Notes under the pieces: generated by a model
Databases searched by the model: none
The model's input: only the letters and a program-made list of their open reading frames with translations
What the model was told of the DNA's origin: nothing
IMG/VR virus record: IMGVR_UViG_3300026625_000038
Coordinates: 1 to 25,459 of that record
Source: a virus
DNA: 25,459 nucleotides
Strand: one strand, 5' to 3'
Made by a program: the position numbers and the translations under genes
Shown: one piece after another, positions 14,107-21,328 of the stretch
Numbering within the stretch: the stretch's first letter is position 1
How the letters are laid out: each line of letters opens with the position of its first letter

Positions 14107-15114
14107 TTATTCCATAAACCTTATATATAACCTTTCAATATCATAATTTTTAGCTAATTCTTTTAAGTTTTTACTTCTTTCTTCTCTGTCTTTTAATTCA
14201 GTTGCAATAAAAATTGCATTTATCATATTTTCTGTATTAAATTTATAAATTTGCCATTTTTGACCGTGGTCTTTATCATAATACTCCTCAACTTTATCAT
14301 TTTTAATTAGCAAATTCCATTGCCAACTTGTAAACTCATCAAATGGAGATATTAATTGATGGATAACTGGTGTACCCATCGCCATACTTTCTAATACTGG
14401 CAGACCAAAGCCCTCTGCACCGGAGGGTACAATTATATAATCCATAATTGAATAAAAAGCAAAAATATATTCTCTCGGATTATAACCGAATTCGCTAACA
14501 AAATGTACATTTTGTGGGACTTCATATCCTTTAAATTGTTTATGAGAAATTACAAAAAAGTGTACTTTTTTTGCTAATTCTGTATATTTTGTATTTAATT
14601 CTCTAAATACTTCTAACATTAAATCCATATTTTTTCTCTTTGTTAAACCTGAGACAATACCAAACTTTATTGCATTAGGAAAATCTTTATTTATTTTTTC
14701 TTTTAATTGCGGTATAAATTCTTCAGCTTTTTTAACAACATCAAAATTTATACCGTGAAAAACCGGCAAATCCACTCTCAGACCTACTTCTTCCAAATTT
14801 TTAGCTGTAAATTTAGAATTAGGTATAAAAGTTATATCTTGTAATAAATATTTATTTACAATTTCTAAATTTGGTATTCCGTCAGCAGTTGTATAAAAAT
14901 ATTTTGTATTTTTAAATTGGTTATAAGCGTAAAGATAAGGGTTAAGTGTAGGAGGGTGAAAAGGTACAAAAACAATTAATTTATCACTTTGTGGAATTAA
15001 ATACGGAATTGTAGAAATTGTAACAATTTCTCCATTTTTTCTTAATACACAAGCTATATCTTCTGCCACATTTCTAATTGATGAATAATTCATAGTTAAA
15101 ATTGTAGTTTTCAT
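14107..15114 (-). CDS. Glycosyltransferase, GT-B fold / group 1 (335 aa)
   Basis: GAEGFGLPVLESMAMGTPVI is the canonical GT1 E-x7-E region. The 335-aa size equals the SIRV ORF335 class. A TATA+GTC promoter lies at 15135-15154. Confidence 0.9.
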   Translation of the reverse strand: MKTTILTMNYSSIRNVAEDIACVLRKNGEIVTISTIPYLIPQSDKLIVFVPFHPPTLNPYLYAYNQFKNTKYFYTTADGIPNLEIVNKYLLQDITFIPNSKFTAKNLEEVGLRVDLPVFHGINFDVVKKAEEFIPQLKEKINKDFPNAIKFGIVSGLTKRKNMDLMLEVFRELNTKYTELAKKVHFFVISHKQFKGYEVPQNVHFVSEFGYNPREYIFAFYSIMDYIIVPSGAEGFGLPVLESMAMGTPVIHQLISPFDEFTSWQWNLLIKNDKVEEYYDKDHGQKWQIYKFNTENMINAIFIATELKDREERSKNLKELAKNYDIERLYIRFME

Positions 15115-15134
15115 ATTTAGAATCTTAGGACTAT

Positions 15135-15154
15135 GACGTTAATAAACTATAAAA
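15135..15154 (-). promoter_or_regulatory. TATA box + GTC promoter of the 335-aa glycosyltransferase
   Basis: The minus strand reads ttttatagtttattaacGTCatag. Confidence 0.5.
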
Positions 15155-15181
15155 CAGAAAAAAAATAAAAAAAAATATAGC

Positions 15182-15586
15182 TTAACTTACGTACCCGGTT
15201 GTAGAACCTGTTATTATATTAGTTACAGCGTCAAGTACTGCAGGGTTGGCGTTAAAAGCTGAAACATAGTACGCCTTTAAACCGCTTATCATATTAACTA
15301 ACGCAGGTCCACTGCCTAACCTATTAAGTGCCCTAGCAACTTTAAGTCCGAAACCTTGATATATTGCCCTATTTGGCCCTGTTATACCGTATTGTGATAA
15401 AACTGCACGTACATTTTCATTTACACTCGTAAACTTTGGTACATTAGTTTGGTAATTTTGCTGTGCAATTGGCGAAATGTTTGTTAAAATTGTTGAAGAT
15501 ACGGTTGGGTTACTAAAAGCAGTAAACTTAGCTTGCCATTTCGAAAACCTCTGTGAATAAGATCTGGGTGTTCTTCCCTTTGCCAT
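15182..15586 (-). CDS. Rudiviral major capsid protein (134 aa)
   Basis: MAKGRTPRSYSQRFSKWQAKF...NVPKFTSVNEN...YGITGPNRAIYQGFGLKVARALNR...LKAYYVSAF...AVTNII closely matches my memory of the SIRV/ARV 134-aa capsid protein. A strong promoter module lies upstream. Confidence 0.95.
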   Translation of the reverse strand: MAKGRTPRSYSQRFSKWQAKFTAFSNPTVSSTILTNISPIAQQNYQTNVPKFTSVNENVRAVLSQYGITGPNRAIYQGFGLKVARALNRLGSGPALVNMISGLKAYYVSAFNANPAVLDAVTNIITGSTTGYVS

Positions 15587-15634
15587 GTTTCTCCAGTTAT
15601 AATCTTATTTTTCTAAAATAAAAATTGACACGGT

Positions 15635-15660
15635 GTATATATAATATTATGTATATGTAT
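15635..15660 (-). promoter_or_regulatory. Major capsid protein promoter (variant of the module)
   Basis: The minus strand reads acatatacataatattatatatacaccgtGTCaat, ~50 nt upstream of the capsid ATG at 15586. GTC follows the TATA box. Confidence 0.65.
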
Positions 15661-15761
15661 TGTTTTTATTGTAATTAGCCATTTTAAAAACTATCAATAA
15701 CTAAATTTTACTTACTTATCAATAACAACTATTTTCAATGTAACACAACAAGTACACAACA

Positions 15762-15787
15762 CTATATTCCTAATATATTATATATAG
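15762..15787 (+). promoter_or_regulatory. Structural-type promoter module (distal copy upstream of the 108-aa ORF)
   Basis: ctatattcctaatatattatatatag. Confidence 0.5.
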
Positions 15788-15857
15788 CCCGCAAAATTTG
15801 TGATTTTGGCCTTTTATTTAAAAATTATTTTCGCTATGAAATAACAAACACGCAGTG

Positions 15858-15881
15858 CTATATTCCTAATATATTATATAT
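15858..15881 (+). promoter_or_regulatory. Structural-type promoter module (proximal copy upstream of the 108-aa ORF)
   Basis: ctatattcctaatatattatatat, 96 bp after the previous copy. Confidence 0.5.
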
Positions 15882-15987
15882 GTTCTGTTGTAATTGTACT
15901 AGTTACTACCAATATACATACCTATAATTTACCATATCTTGGAACTGGAAGAAAAGTATTTAATTGCAAAAAACATAACCATAAATT

Positions 15988-16314
15988 ATGGATGAAATTG
16001 TTAAACTTGAATGTAAAAAATACACATTTCAGCTCTTTAATTGGCTGAAAATGCGTTATCCCGACTATGTTTATGATTATATGGTTTTAGAATATGAAAA
16101 TTTACTATCTATTAAAATCAAAATGAATATTACAAAAAAGAAATATGAGAAAAAAGGTATAGGAATTTTACATTATATTGTAAAAGCTTTCAAATATCCA
16201 CAACATATAAAAATAAATTGGCGCTATAACCGTAACATGTTTAACATCGTAGTTTTTTGCGGTGAAACTGAAAGGGTATCATATATGCTTCATAATGAGA
16301 ATGAAAATATTTAA
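15988..16314 (+). CDS. Hypothetical protein (108 aa)
   Basis: Intact ORF ~108 nt downstream of two tandem promoter modules. No motif recognised. Confidence 0.5.
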   Translation: MDEIVKLECKKYTFQLFNWLKMRYPDYVYDYMVLEYENLLSIKIKMNITKKKYEKKGIGILHYIVKAFKYPQHIKINWRYNRNMFNIVVFCGETERVSYMLHNENENI

Positions 16315-16326
16315 AAAATAAAAAGC

Positions 16327-16338
16327 TATAAATATGTC
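16327..16338 (+). promoter_or_regulatory. TATA box + GTC promoter of the 52-aa RHH gene
   Basis: tataaatatGTCata, identical to the element at 1805-1819. Confidence 0.6.
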
Positions 16339-16366
16339 ATACTTTTTATAAATATATGGTGAAACA

Positions 16367-16525
16367 ATGCAAGAAAGAAAAGAAAAAATAAAGGTAATAT
16401 TTGGTATACAACTTGACAAAGACTTAAAAACAAGACTAAAACTTTACTGTGCTAAGAAGGACATGACTTTAACGAGTGCCATTGAAGAAGCTATTGAAGA
16501 GTACTTAACAAGAAGAAACGCATAA
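16367..16525 (+). CDS. Ribbon-helix-helix (CopG/SvtR-like) transcription regulator, 52 aa (not in ORF track)
   Basis: Hand translation: MQERKEKIKVIFGIQLDKDLKTRLKLYCAKKDMTLTSAIEEAIEEYLTRRNA. It shows a beta strand (VIFGIQLD), helix 1 (LKTRLKLYCAKK) and helix 2 (TLTSAIEEAIEEYL). Its own TATA+GTC promoter lies at 16327-16338. Confidence 0.7.
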   Translation: MQERKEKIKVIFGIQLDKDLKTRLKLYCAKKDMTLTSAIEEAIEEYLTRRNA

Positions 16526-16527
16526 AT

Positions 16528-16872
16528 TTATTTTTTACTTTTTTTCATATAAAGGTATACATTTTTTATATCTTTTTTTGTTTTTGGAACCGATTGAATA
16601 TTTATATCTGCATGTCTTGGCATATTTTTATGTATTTTAAAATAATCAAGCCGTTTATTTGTAAAAACTAAAACATGATAATGTAAACCGTGAAAATTTG
16701 TAGTATATTCTTTTACGCTTATAAAATGTGCATTTTTGTCATGATTATAGATATATTTTCTAAATTTTTTTACAATAGGAATAACATCTGAAAATTGATA
16801 GTTAGTGGTAATAGTAACAAAATATGTAAAAAAATAAAGATCATGATACCTAAAAACTTTACTACTGTCCAC
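16528..16872 (-). CDS. HUH-type replication initiator (Rep, SIRV1 ORF119 class), 114 aa, GTG start
   Basis: HUH motif in GLHYHVLVF. Candidate catalytic Tyr in KNVYLYMKK near the C-terminus. The N-terminal hydrophobic strand YFFTYFVTIT resembles motif I. Size is close to the 119-aa rudiviral Rep. Confidence 0.78.
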   Translation of the reverse strand: MDSSKVFRYHDLYFFTYFVTITTNYQFSDVIPIVKKFRKYIYNHDKNAHFISVKEYTTNFHGLHYHVLVFTNKRLDYFKIHKNMPRHADINIQSVPKTKKDIKNVYLYMKKSKK

Positions 16873-16890
16873 ACCAAAAAGTAAACATAT

Positions 16891-16908
16891 GACACTAAAA
16901 TATAAAAC
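16891..16908 (-). promoter_or_regulatory. TATA box + GTC promoter of Rep
   Basis: The minus strand reads gttttatattttagtGTCatat, ~19 nt upstream of GTG 16872 (near-leaderless). Confidence 0.5.
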
Positions 16909-16958
16909 ACAATCTTTTTTAAGTGTTATACAAATTTATATTTGCCATGAAAAAGAAA

Positions 16959-17216
16959 ATGAAATATATCGAACTCAGGATACCAGCAAAGTATAAACAG
17001 TTTTTTTATGAAAACAGACAAAAAATTCTCGAGGAAATTGACAAATTGCTGACTAATAAAAAACAGTTTCAACCAAAAGACACCTATTACATCTATGATG
17101 AACGTGTTTTTTTAACAGTTGATGAATTGTATTACCAAAAACTAGAAGAATTGTCAAAAAAATATAAGGTAAAACTATCGAAATTAATAAGATCTATATT
17201 TTTTAACTTAAGTTAA
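16959..17216 (+). CDS. Hypothetical protein, possible C-terminal RHH-like DNA-binding domain (85 aa from ATG 16959)
   Basis: The track start at 16923 is GTG, and a TATA-like atttatattt at ~16934-16943 sits within the extension. FLTVDELYYQKLEELSKKYKVKLSKLIRSIF fits a strand-helix-helix pattern. The start is uncertain (16947 or 16959). Confidence 0.5.
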   Translation: MKYIELRIPAKYKQFFYENRQKILEEIDKLLTNKKQFQPKDTYYIYDERVFLTVDELYYQKLEELSKKYKVKLSKLIRSIFFNLS

Positions 17217-17254
17217 ATATTTTTTTTCTACCCCCACTTTTCTAGTTAGGAAAT

Positions 17255-17274
17255 TATATATATTTATATTTGTC
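17255..17274 (+). promoter_or_regulatory. TATA box + GTC promoter of the gp17-19-like operon
   Basis: tatatatatttatatttGTCata. Confidence 0.6.
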
Positions 17275-17305
17275 ATACTATATATTTATAATTAGGAGGT
17301 CGAAG

Positions 17306-17692
17306 ATGGCTTCCCTCGAAGAAATAATAAAAAACTTAGGAAGAGAAGCTAAAGAAAAAGAGCAAATAGCGACAAGAGTGCTAAAAATTAAGGGCTTAAA
17401 GCGAATAGTTGTACAATTGAATGCAATACCGGAAAATGGAAAAATAAGATATAGTATGACAATACATAGTATAAACAATTATAGAAAACAAATAGGTATT
17501 ACAGCCAGCGACGCTGAAGACTTCTTATTAATTGGCCAATTTCTAGAAAAATATGCGGAAGTTTTGAATGAATATATAAAGTTCACACCAAGAAATAGTA
17601 ATACACCACAAGAAGAAGAAATAGAATTGGAAAATAATGATAATAACGAAACAAAAAAACCAAAAAAGAAAAACGTTGAAGAAGAATTTTAA
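17306..17692 (+). CDS. ssDNA-binding protein class (SIRV2 gp17-like), 128 aa
   Basis: ATG 17306 is preceded by AGGAGG (17294-17299) and a TATA+GTC promoter (17255-17274). It is the first gene of a three-gene operon with the 436-aa and Cas4-like genes, matching the order and sizes of SIRV2 gp17-gp18-gp19. It has an acidic/basic C-terminal tail. Confidence 0.65.
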   Translation: MASLEEIIKNLGREAKEKEQIATRVLKIKGLKRIVVQLNAIPENGKIRYSMTIHSINNYRKQIGITASDAEDFLLIGQFLEKYAEVLNEYIKFTPRNSNTPQEEEIELENNDNNETKKPKKKNVEEEF

Positions 17693-17717
17693 AGTGTCAT
17701 AAGACAATATTTTTTTT

Positions 17718-19028
17718 ATGAGTAGTCAGTTTCAATGGCTAGAAAAGGTAAAGTTACATACTTTTTTTTACAACCCCCGCAATACTGAAAGAATTCTCAA
17801 TATCATTTTAGGAGAAAAGCAAATTGATGAAACAAAAAAGAATGAAATTTTGAAAGCTTATAAACGTGGGGTAGATTATCAATACTTTAACGCAAACCTA
17901 CCCTATTTTCACGAAATAAAATTTATTTCTAAAATAACAAGTTTTAAAGTAAAGGATGATTTGATAATTGCCAGGTTTCAAAATGGCTTTACCGGCGAAT
18001 TTGACCCACATCAAATCGCCGATAACCCGGATGATTTTTATAATTTAATTACTTCTTACATGTTTGTAAAAATAAAAAAAGGGTCATCAAATTGGTATAT
18101 TTCCGATATTTTTTCAATTGAACCGCCAAATAATTATGAAATTGCAAAAGAATTATTTGAATTGGCAAACGCTGAAAAACAAACTTATGCCCTACTTTTG
18201 CAAGCTTTCGGTTATGACCCGCAAAAAATGGAACAAGATGATATACTTTTAACTTTACCGCGTTTAATGCCACTTTTTAAGTCCCCAATTACAAAAAGGC
18301 AAATTAATTATATTGAAATTTCAAACAGGGGAACCGGAAAAACTACTACTTTTATGATTTTGCAAGAAGTATTTAATTTTCGTTATTACACAGAAGCTCC
18401 AACATATGCAAACTTAATTTATGATGCAAGAAATAACATGTACGGTGCAGTATTTTTGTCAAACGGTTTAATTTTTGACGAAATACAAACATGGAAAAGT
18501 GGTTTTTCTTCAAAAGAATTAAATACAATAAATTCAACACTAAGTACCGGGATTGAAAATTGTGTTTGGACTCGTGGCGCCGGGACAGAATCAAAGTCCG
18601 CAACAATACAAAAATGTATACCAATTATTTATGCAGGTAACCCCTATAGTTTAATAATTAATAAATTAGAAGCACCAGATATTGAAGGTTATTTGCATAA
18701 TTATGAAATTTTCACTTCTGCGATTTTGGACAGAATACATATTACACAATTAGCAATTAAGAAAACATATGATAAAATTATAAATTCAAGGGTATTATAC
18801 CCTTCAATTTTAAAAGCTTTAGTTGAAATTATCCAAGATAAAATTAATAAAATTACAAATTATATTGTTTGCGATAATTTACAATCAAGAAGACAAGAAC
18901 AAGCAATAGATGTACAATTAATTTTGCAAGCATTTGATGTTGATTTAAAAATAGGCCAAGAACCGAGTGAGCAAATTTGTAAAAAAATAACAGAATTTAT
19001 GAGATTTTCTAACTTAGAGGAAAGATAA
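17718..19028 (+). CDS. Conserved 436-aa rudiviral protein (SIRV2 gp18 class, reported ssDNA annealing), with P-loop-like motifs
   Basis: Size and position fall between the gp17-like and Cas4-like genes. It has a Walker A-like NRGTGKTT and a Walker B-like GLIFDEIQ. Confidence 0.8.
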   Translation: MSSQFQWLEKVKLHTFFYNPRNTERILNIILGEKQIDETKKNEILKAYKRGVDYQYFNANLPYFHEIKFISKITSFKVKDDLIIARFQNGFTGEFDPHQIADNPDDFYNLITSYMFVKIKKGSSNWYISDIFSIEPPNNYEIAKELFELANAEKQTYALLLQAFGYDPQKMEQDDILLTLPRLMPLFKSPITKRQINYIEISNRGTGKTTTFMILQEVFNFRYYTEAPTYANLIYDARNNMYGAVFLSNGLIFDEIQTWKSGFSSKELNTINSTLSTGIENCVWTRGAGTESKSATIQKCIPIIYAGNPYSLIINKLEAPDIEGYLHNYEIFTSAILDRIHITQLAIKKTYDKIINSRVLYPSILKALVEIIQDKINKITNYIVCDNLQSRRQEQAIDVQLILQAFDVDLKIGQEPSEQICKKITEFMRFSNLEER

Positions 19029-19030
19029 CT

Positions 19031-19645
19031 ATGAATTATGAAGATTTAATAAAACAATCTTTTAGACGCAAATATGCAGAAGATGTAGTTTTTCCTAGCG
19101 AAATTGGAATATGTTTTAGGAGGAGTTATCTTTCTCGCAAATTTGAATTTGAAAAACAAATTAATGAAATTTATTTAGACTTAGGAGAACAACAACACAA
19201 ACATATTGAAGAATATTTCAAAGAAAAATTAAATTGCCAAGTTGAAATTGAAATACATGATGAAATAGAAAATTTAAAAGTTAATGGAAGAATTGACTTA
19301 ATTTGTAATAATGACCTCATTGAGTTAAAAACAATTGCAACTCAATATTTCCAAATCAGGGAATACCATTTATACCAAGTTGCACTTTATTATTATATTT
19401 TAAAAAAGCAAAATTACAAGATTAATAATGTGTATATTATATATTTAAATAGGATAACGAAAGAAGTTAAGCAATATAAAATTGATGATAAAGTATTGGA
19501 GGAACAGACAAAAAAAGCGATTGAGTGGATAAAAAAGTATAAAGAGTATTTAAAAGCTGAAGACTATAAAAAAGTACCGGGCGTGAATAATTTTATTTGT
19601 AAACATTGTGAATTTAAAACAAAATGTTATGGTTCACTTTTTTAA
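19031..19645 (+). CDS. Cas4-like / RecB-family (PD-(D/E)xK) nuclease with 4-Cys cluster (204 aa; SIRV2 gp19 class)
   Basis: N-terminal Cys (GICFRRSY) plus C-terminal [10 protein letters not shown] (C-x2-C-x5-C), which is the Cas4 Fe-S arrangement. Also GRIDLI, ELKT (E-x-K) and QVALYYYIL (QhxxY). Confidence 0.85.
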   Translation: MNYEDLIKQSFRRKYAEDVVFPSEIGICFRRSYLSRKFEFEKQINEIYLDLGEQQHKHIEEYFKEKLNCQVEIEIHDEIENLKVNGRIDLICNNDLIELKTIATQYFQIREYHLYQVALYYYILKKQNYKINNVYIIYLNRITKEVKQYKIDDKVLEEQTKKAIEWIKKYKEYLKAEDYKKVPGVNNFICKHCEFKTKCYGSLF

Positions 19646-19683
19646 ATTACAACATATAAAAAAAATATACCTTTAAGTTTTGC

Positions 19684-19860
19684 TTACTTGTACATTTTAA
19701 ATTTTTCAACCTTTATATTATAAGTGTTGTTATCTTTTATCACTTTATCTATCGCCCTCCTTATTACTTCACTTCTGTCCATGTTGTGTTTACTTGCATA
19801 TCTATCTAACAATTCCAGCATTTCTGGGTCAATTTTAAATGAGACCACTTTCATTGTCAT
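19684..19860 (-). CDS. Ribbon-helix-helix (CopG-like) DNA-binding protein, 58 aa (not in ORF track)
   Basis: Hand translation of the minus strand: MTMKVVSFKIDPEMLELLDRYASKHNMDRSEVIRRAIDKVIKDNNTYNIKVEKFKMYK. It shows a classic RHH (strand VVSFKID, helices LLDRYASKH and RSEVIRRAIDKVI). Its ATG directly abuts the TAA of the upstream 88-aa gene. Confidence 0.72.
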   Translation of the reverse strand: MTMKVVSFKIDPEMLELLDRYASKHNMDRSEVIRRAIDKVIKDNNTYNIKVEKFKMYK

Positions 19861-20127
19861 TTACATCACTTCTTCAAGTTTCCTTGTTATTTTTATTTTT
19901 CCTATTGTTATATTAACAAAAATGGTATCATTATTAAATGAGTGGTAAAATTGTATTTCAAACTTTAATATTTTACCGCTTATTTTTAAGTAACCGTATA
20001 TTTCTACGTCTTGCTTAGTGTAAAATAAAATTTTGAATCTTGTTGAAAAGTTGATAGTATTCATTAAAATTTTGTATATTTCTTCTTCTTTTATGCTATA
20101 TACCATGTCTTCCAGGCTGTATTCCAT
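19861..20127 (-). CDS. Hypothetical 88-aa protein (candidate anti-defence gene, first gene of an operon with the RHH)
   Basis: Intact ORF behind two promoter elements (20154-20172 and 20203-20228). No motif recognised. Confidence 0.6.
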   Translation of the reverse strand: MEYSLEDMVYSIKEEEIYKILMNTINFSTRFKILFYTKQDVEIYGYLKISGKILKFEIQFYHSFNNDTIFVNITIGKIKITRKLEEVM

Positions 20128-20153
20128 ATTTCATCGTATTACTTATGGTTTAT

Positions 20154-20172
20154 GACACTTAAAAATATTTTT
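20154..20172 (-). promoter_or_regulatory. TATA box + GTC promoter of the 88-aa/RHH operon
   Basis: The minus strand reads aaaaatatttttaagtGTCataa, ~27 nt upstream of ATG 20127. Confidence 0.55.
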
Positions 20173-20202
20173 GGTTTTTAAGCTTCATGGTTATCACTGG
20201 CT

Positions 20203-20228
20203 GTATATATAATATTAGGAATATAGCA
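20203..20228 (-). promoter_or_regulatory. Structural-type promoter module facing the 88-aa/RHH operon
   Basis: gtatatataatattaggaatatagcac is the reverse complement of the module, ~80 nt upstream of ATG 20127. Confidence 0.5.
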
Positions 20229-20277
20229 CTGTGCATTATTGCTTGTTCTTTCTAATTTTTTAATTTGCATTCTATAA

Positions 20278-20946
20278 TTATAACTTTTCTAATAATTCTC
20301 TTAATTTTTTATGATGCCTTAATATTGCCGGTTTATGACACATTTTTTGTTTTTTCTTTTCTCCCATTATATCTTGGAAACCGCCGGCAATATAGCAACT
20401 AAAAACTATTTGATATCCACCTGGAGATACTTGTAATGGCTGTTTTAAAATACCTAGTTTATCATACGGTGGACTAGAATTAGGTATAAAATAATTCGGA
20501 TAAACAAAATCAGAAACTTGTATATTATCAATTACATAATAATAATCTTCAACTGGATCGCCAACTTCTTGCATATAAAATTTGGAAAATAAAAAAGAAG
20601 GCGATACGGCTAATAATGTATTTACGTATGGGTCTGCTAACATTTCCAAAACTTCATGTGAAAGACCTACAGTCCACGAAAAACCAATATTATTAAAACT
20701 GTTTATAAAAACTTTAGCATAAGGTATATTATTATTATCAACATCATGATAACCACCTGCACCTGGCACATCGCTATTATCTTCAATTATAACTTGCCAA
20801 CCTGTACAATTAGGATCCGCCGAAATTATAGCTTCAATATCCCAAATAGGGTAAAAATCTTGTTGTATTTGTTTATTTATAGCGTTTACAATTGGCTGTA
20901 AATTAATTTGGTATGAACTATTATTTTTCAAACAAAGTTGTATCAT
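20278..20946 (-). CDS. Hypothetical protein (222 aa) with an HExxE..DP motif, possible metal-dependent hydrolase
   Basis: Intact ORF with GAGGYHDVD...VGLSHEVLEMLADP...EVGDPVED and a basic C-terminal tail. It is not among the rudiviral core genes I recognise. Confidence 0.65.
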   Translation of the reverse strand: MIQLCLKNNSSYQINLQPIVNAINKQIQQDFYPIWDIEAIISADPNCTGWQVIIEDNSDVPGAGGYHDVDNNNIPYAKVFINSFNNIGFSWTVGLSHEVLEMLADPYVNTLLAVSPSFLFSKFYMQEVGDPVEDYYYVIDNIQVSDFVYPNYFIPNSSPPYDKLGILKQPLQVSPGGYQIVFSCYIAGGFQDIMGEKKKQKMCHKPAILRHHKKLRELLEKL

Positions 20947-21033
20947 ACATTATATATTTAATAAACTCGTTAAAAAGCATTGCGTAAAAATGATACACCT
21001 ATATTATAACCCTATAAAAATAAATACACCAAA

Positions 21034-21255
21034 ATGAATATAAAATTGATAAACATGTCAAATTCAAATTCAAATAACACATTTAATACAATTGTGTTTA
21101 TAGTACATGCAACAATTTTTGCTTTAGCTTTATTATTTGTATTTATAAACCCACAATTATTAAATAACCAAAATTATGTAGATATATTATTTACACTATT
21201 ATCAACATTGTTAATACACGGTGGATATCATATAGGAAGAAGCTCCACTAAATAA
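21034..21255 (+). CDS. Small membrane protein (73 aa, two predicted TM helices)
   Basis: Hydrophobic segments IVFIVHATIFALALLFVFI and ILFTLLSTLLIHGGY. It is the only plus-strand gene in the right arm. Confidence 0.5.
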   Translation: MNIKLINMSNSNSNNTFNTIVFIVHATIFALALLFVFINPQLLNNQNYVDILFTLLSTLLIHGGYHIGRSSTK

Positions 21256-21328
21256 TCTTCTCTTGGTCTCACACTTGGCTTTCAAAGAGAATTGAAGGAC
21301 CTGAGTTGGGTGAACCCATAATTAAATA

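Noticed and set aside
17278-18624. Minus-strand ORFs 17278-17478, 18049-18273 and 18373-18624; also 4628-4816, 5185-5382, 7184-7399, 11906-12097, 12188-12406, 13037-13228 and 1997-2185
   Set aside because: All are embedded antisense within longer ORFs that have recognisable motifs or conserved sizes.
19724-19948. Plus-strand 74-aa hydrophobic ORF
   Set aside because: It is antisense to the 58-aa RHH gene and the 3' end of the 88-aa gene. Those two form a coherent coupled operon with promoters, and the RHH reading has a clear fold signature.
21256-21328. tRNA or tRNA fragment (integration att remnant) in the GC-richer island
   Set aside because: I could not fold a cloverleaf. GGGTGAACCC allows only a 4-bp stem with a 2-nt loop and is not a T-arm, and no integrase is encoded in the genome.
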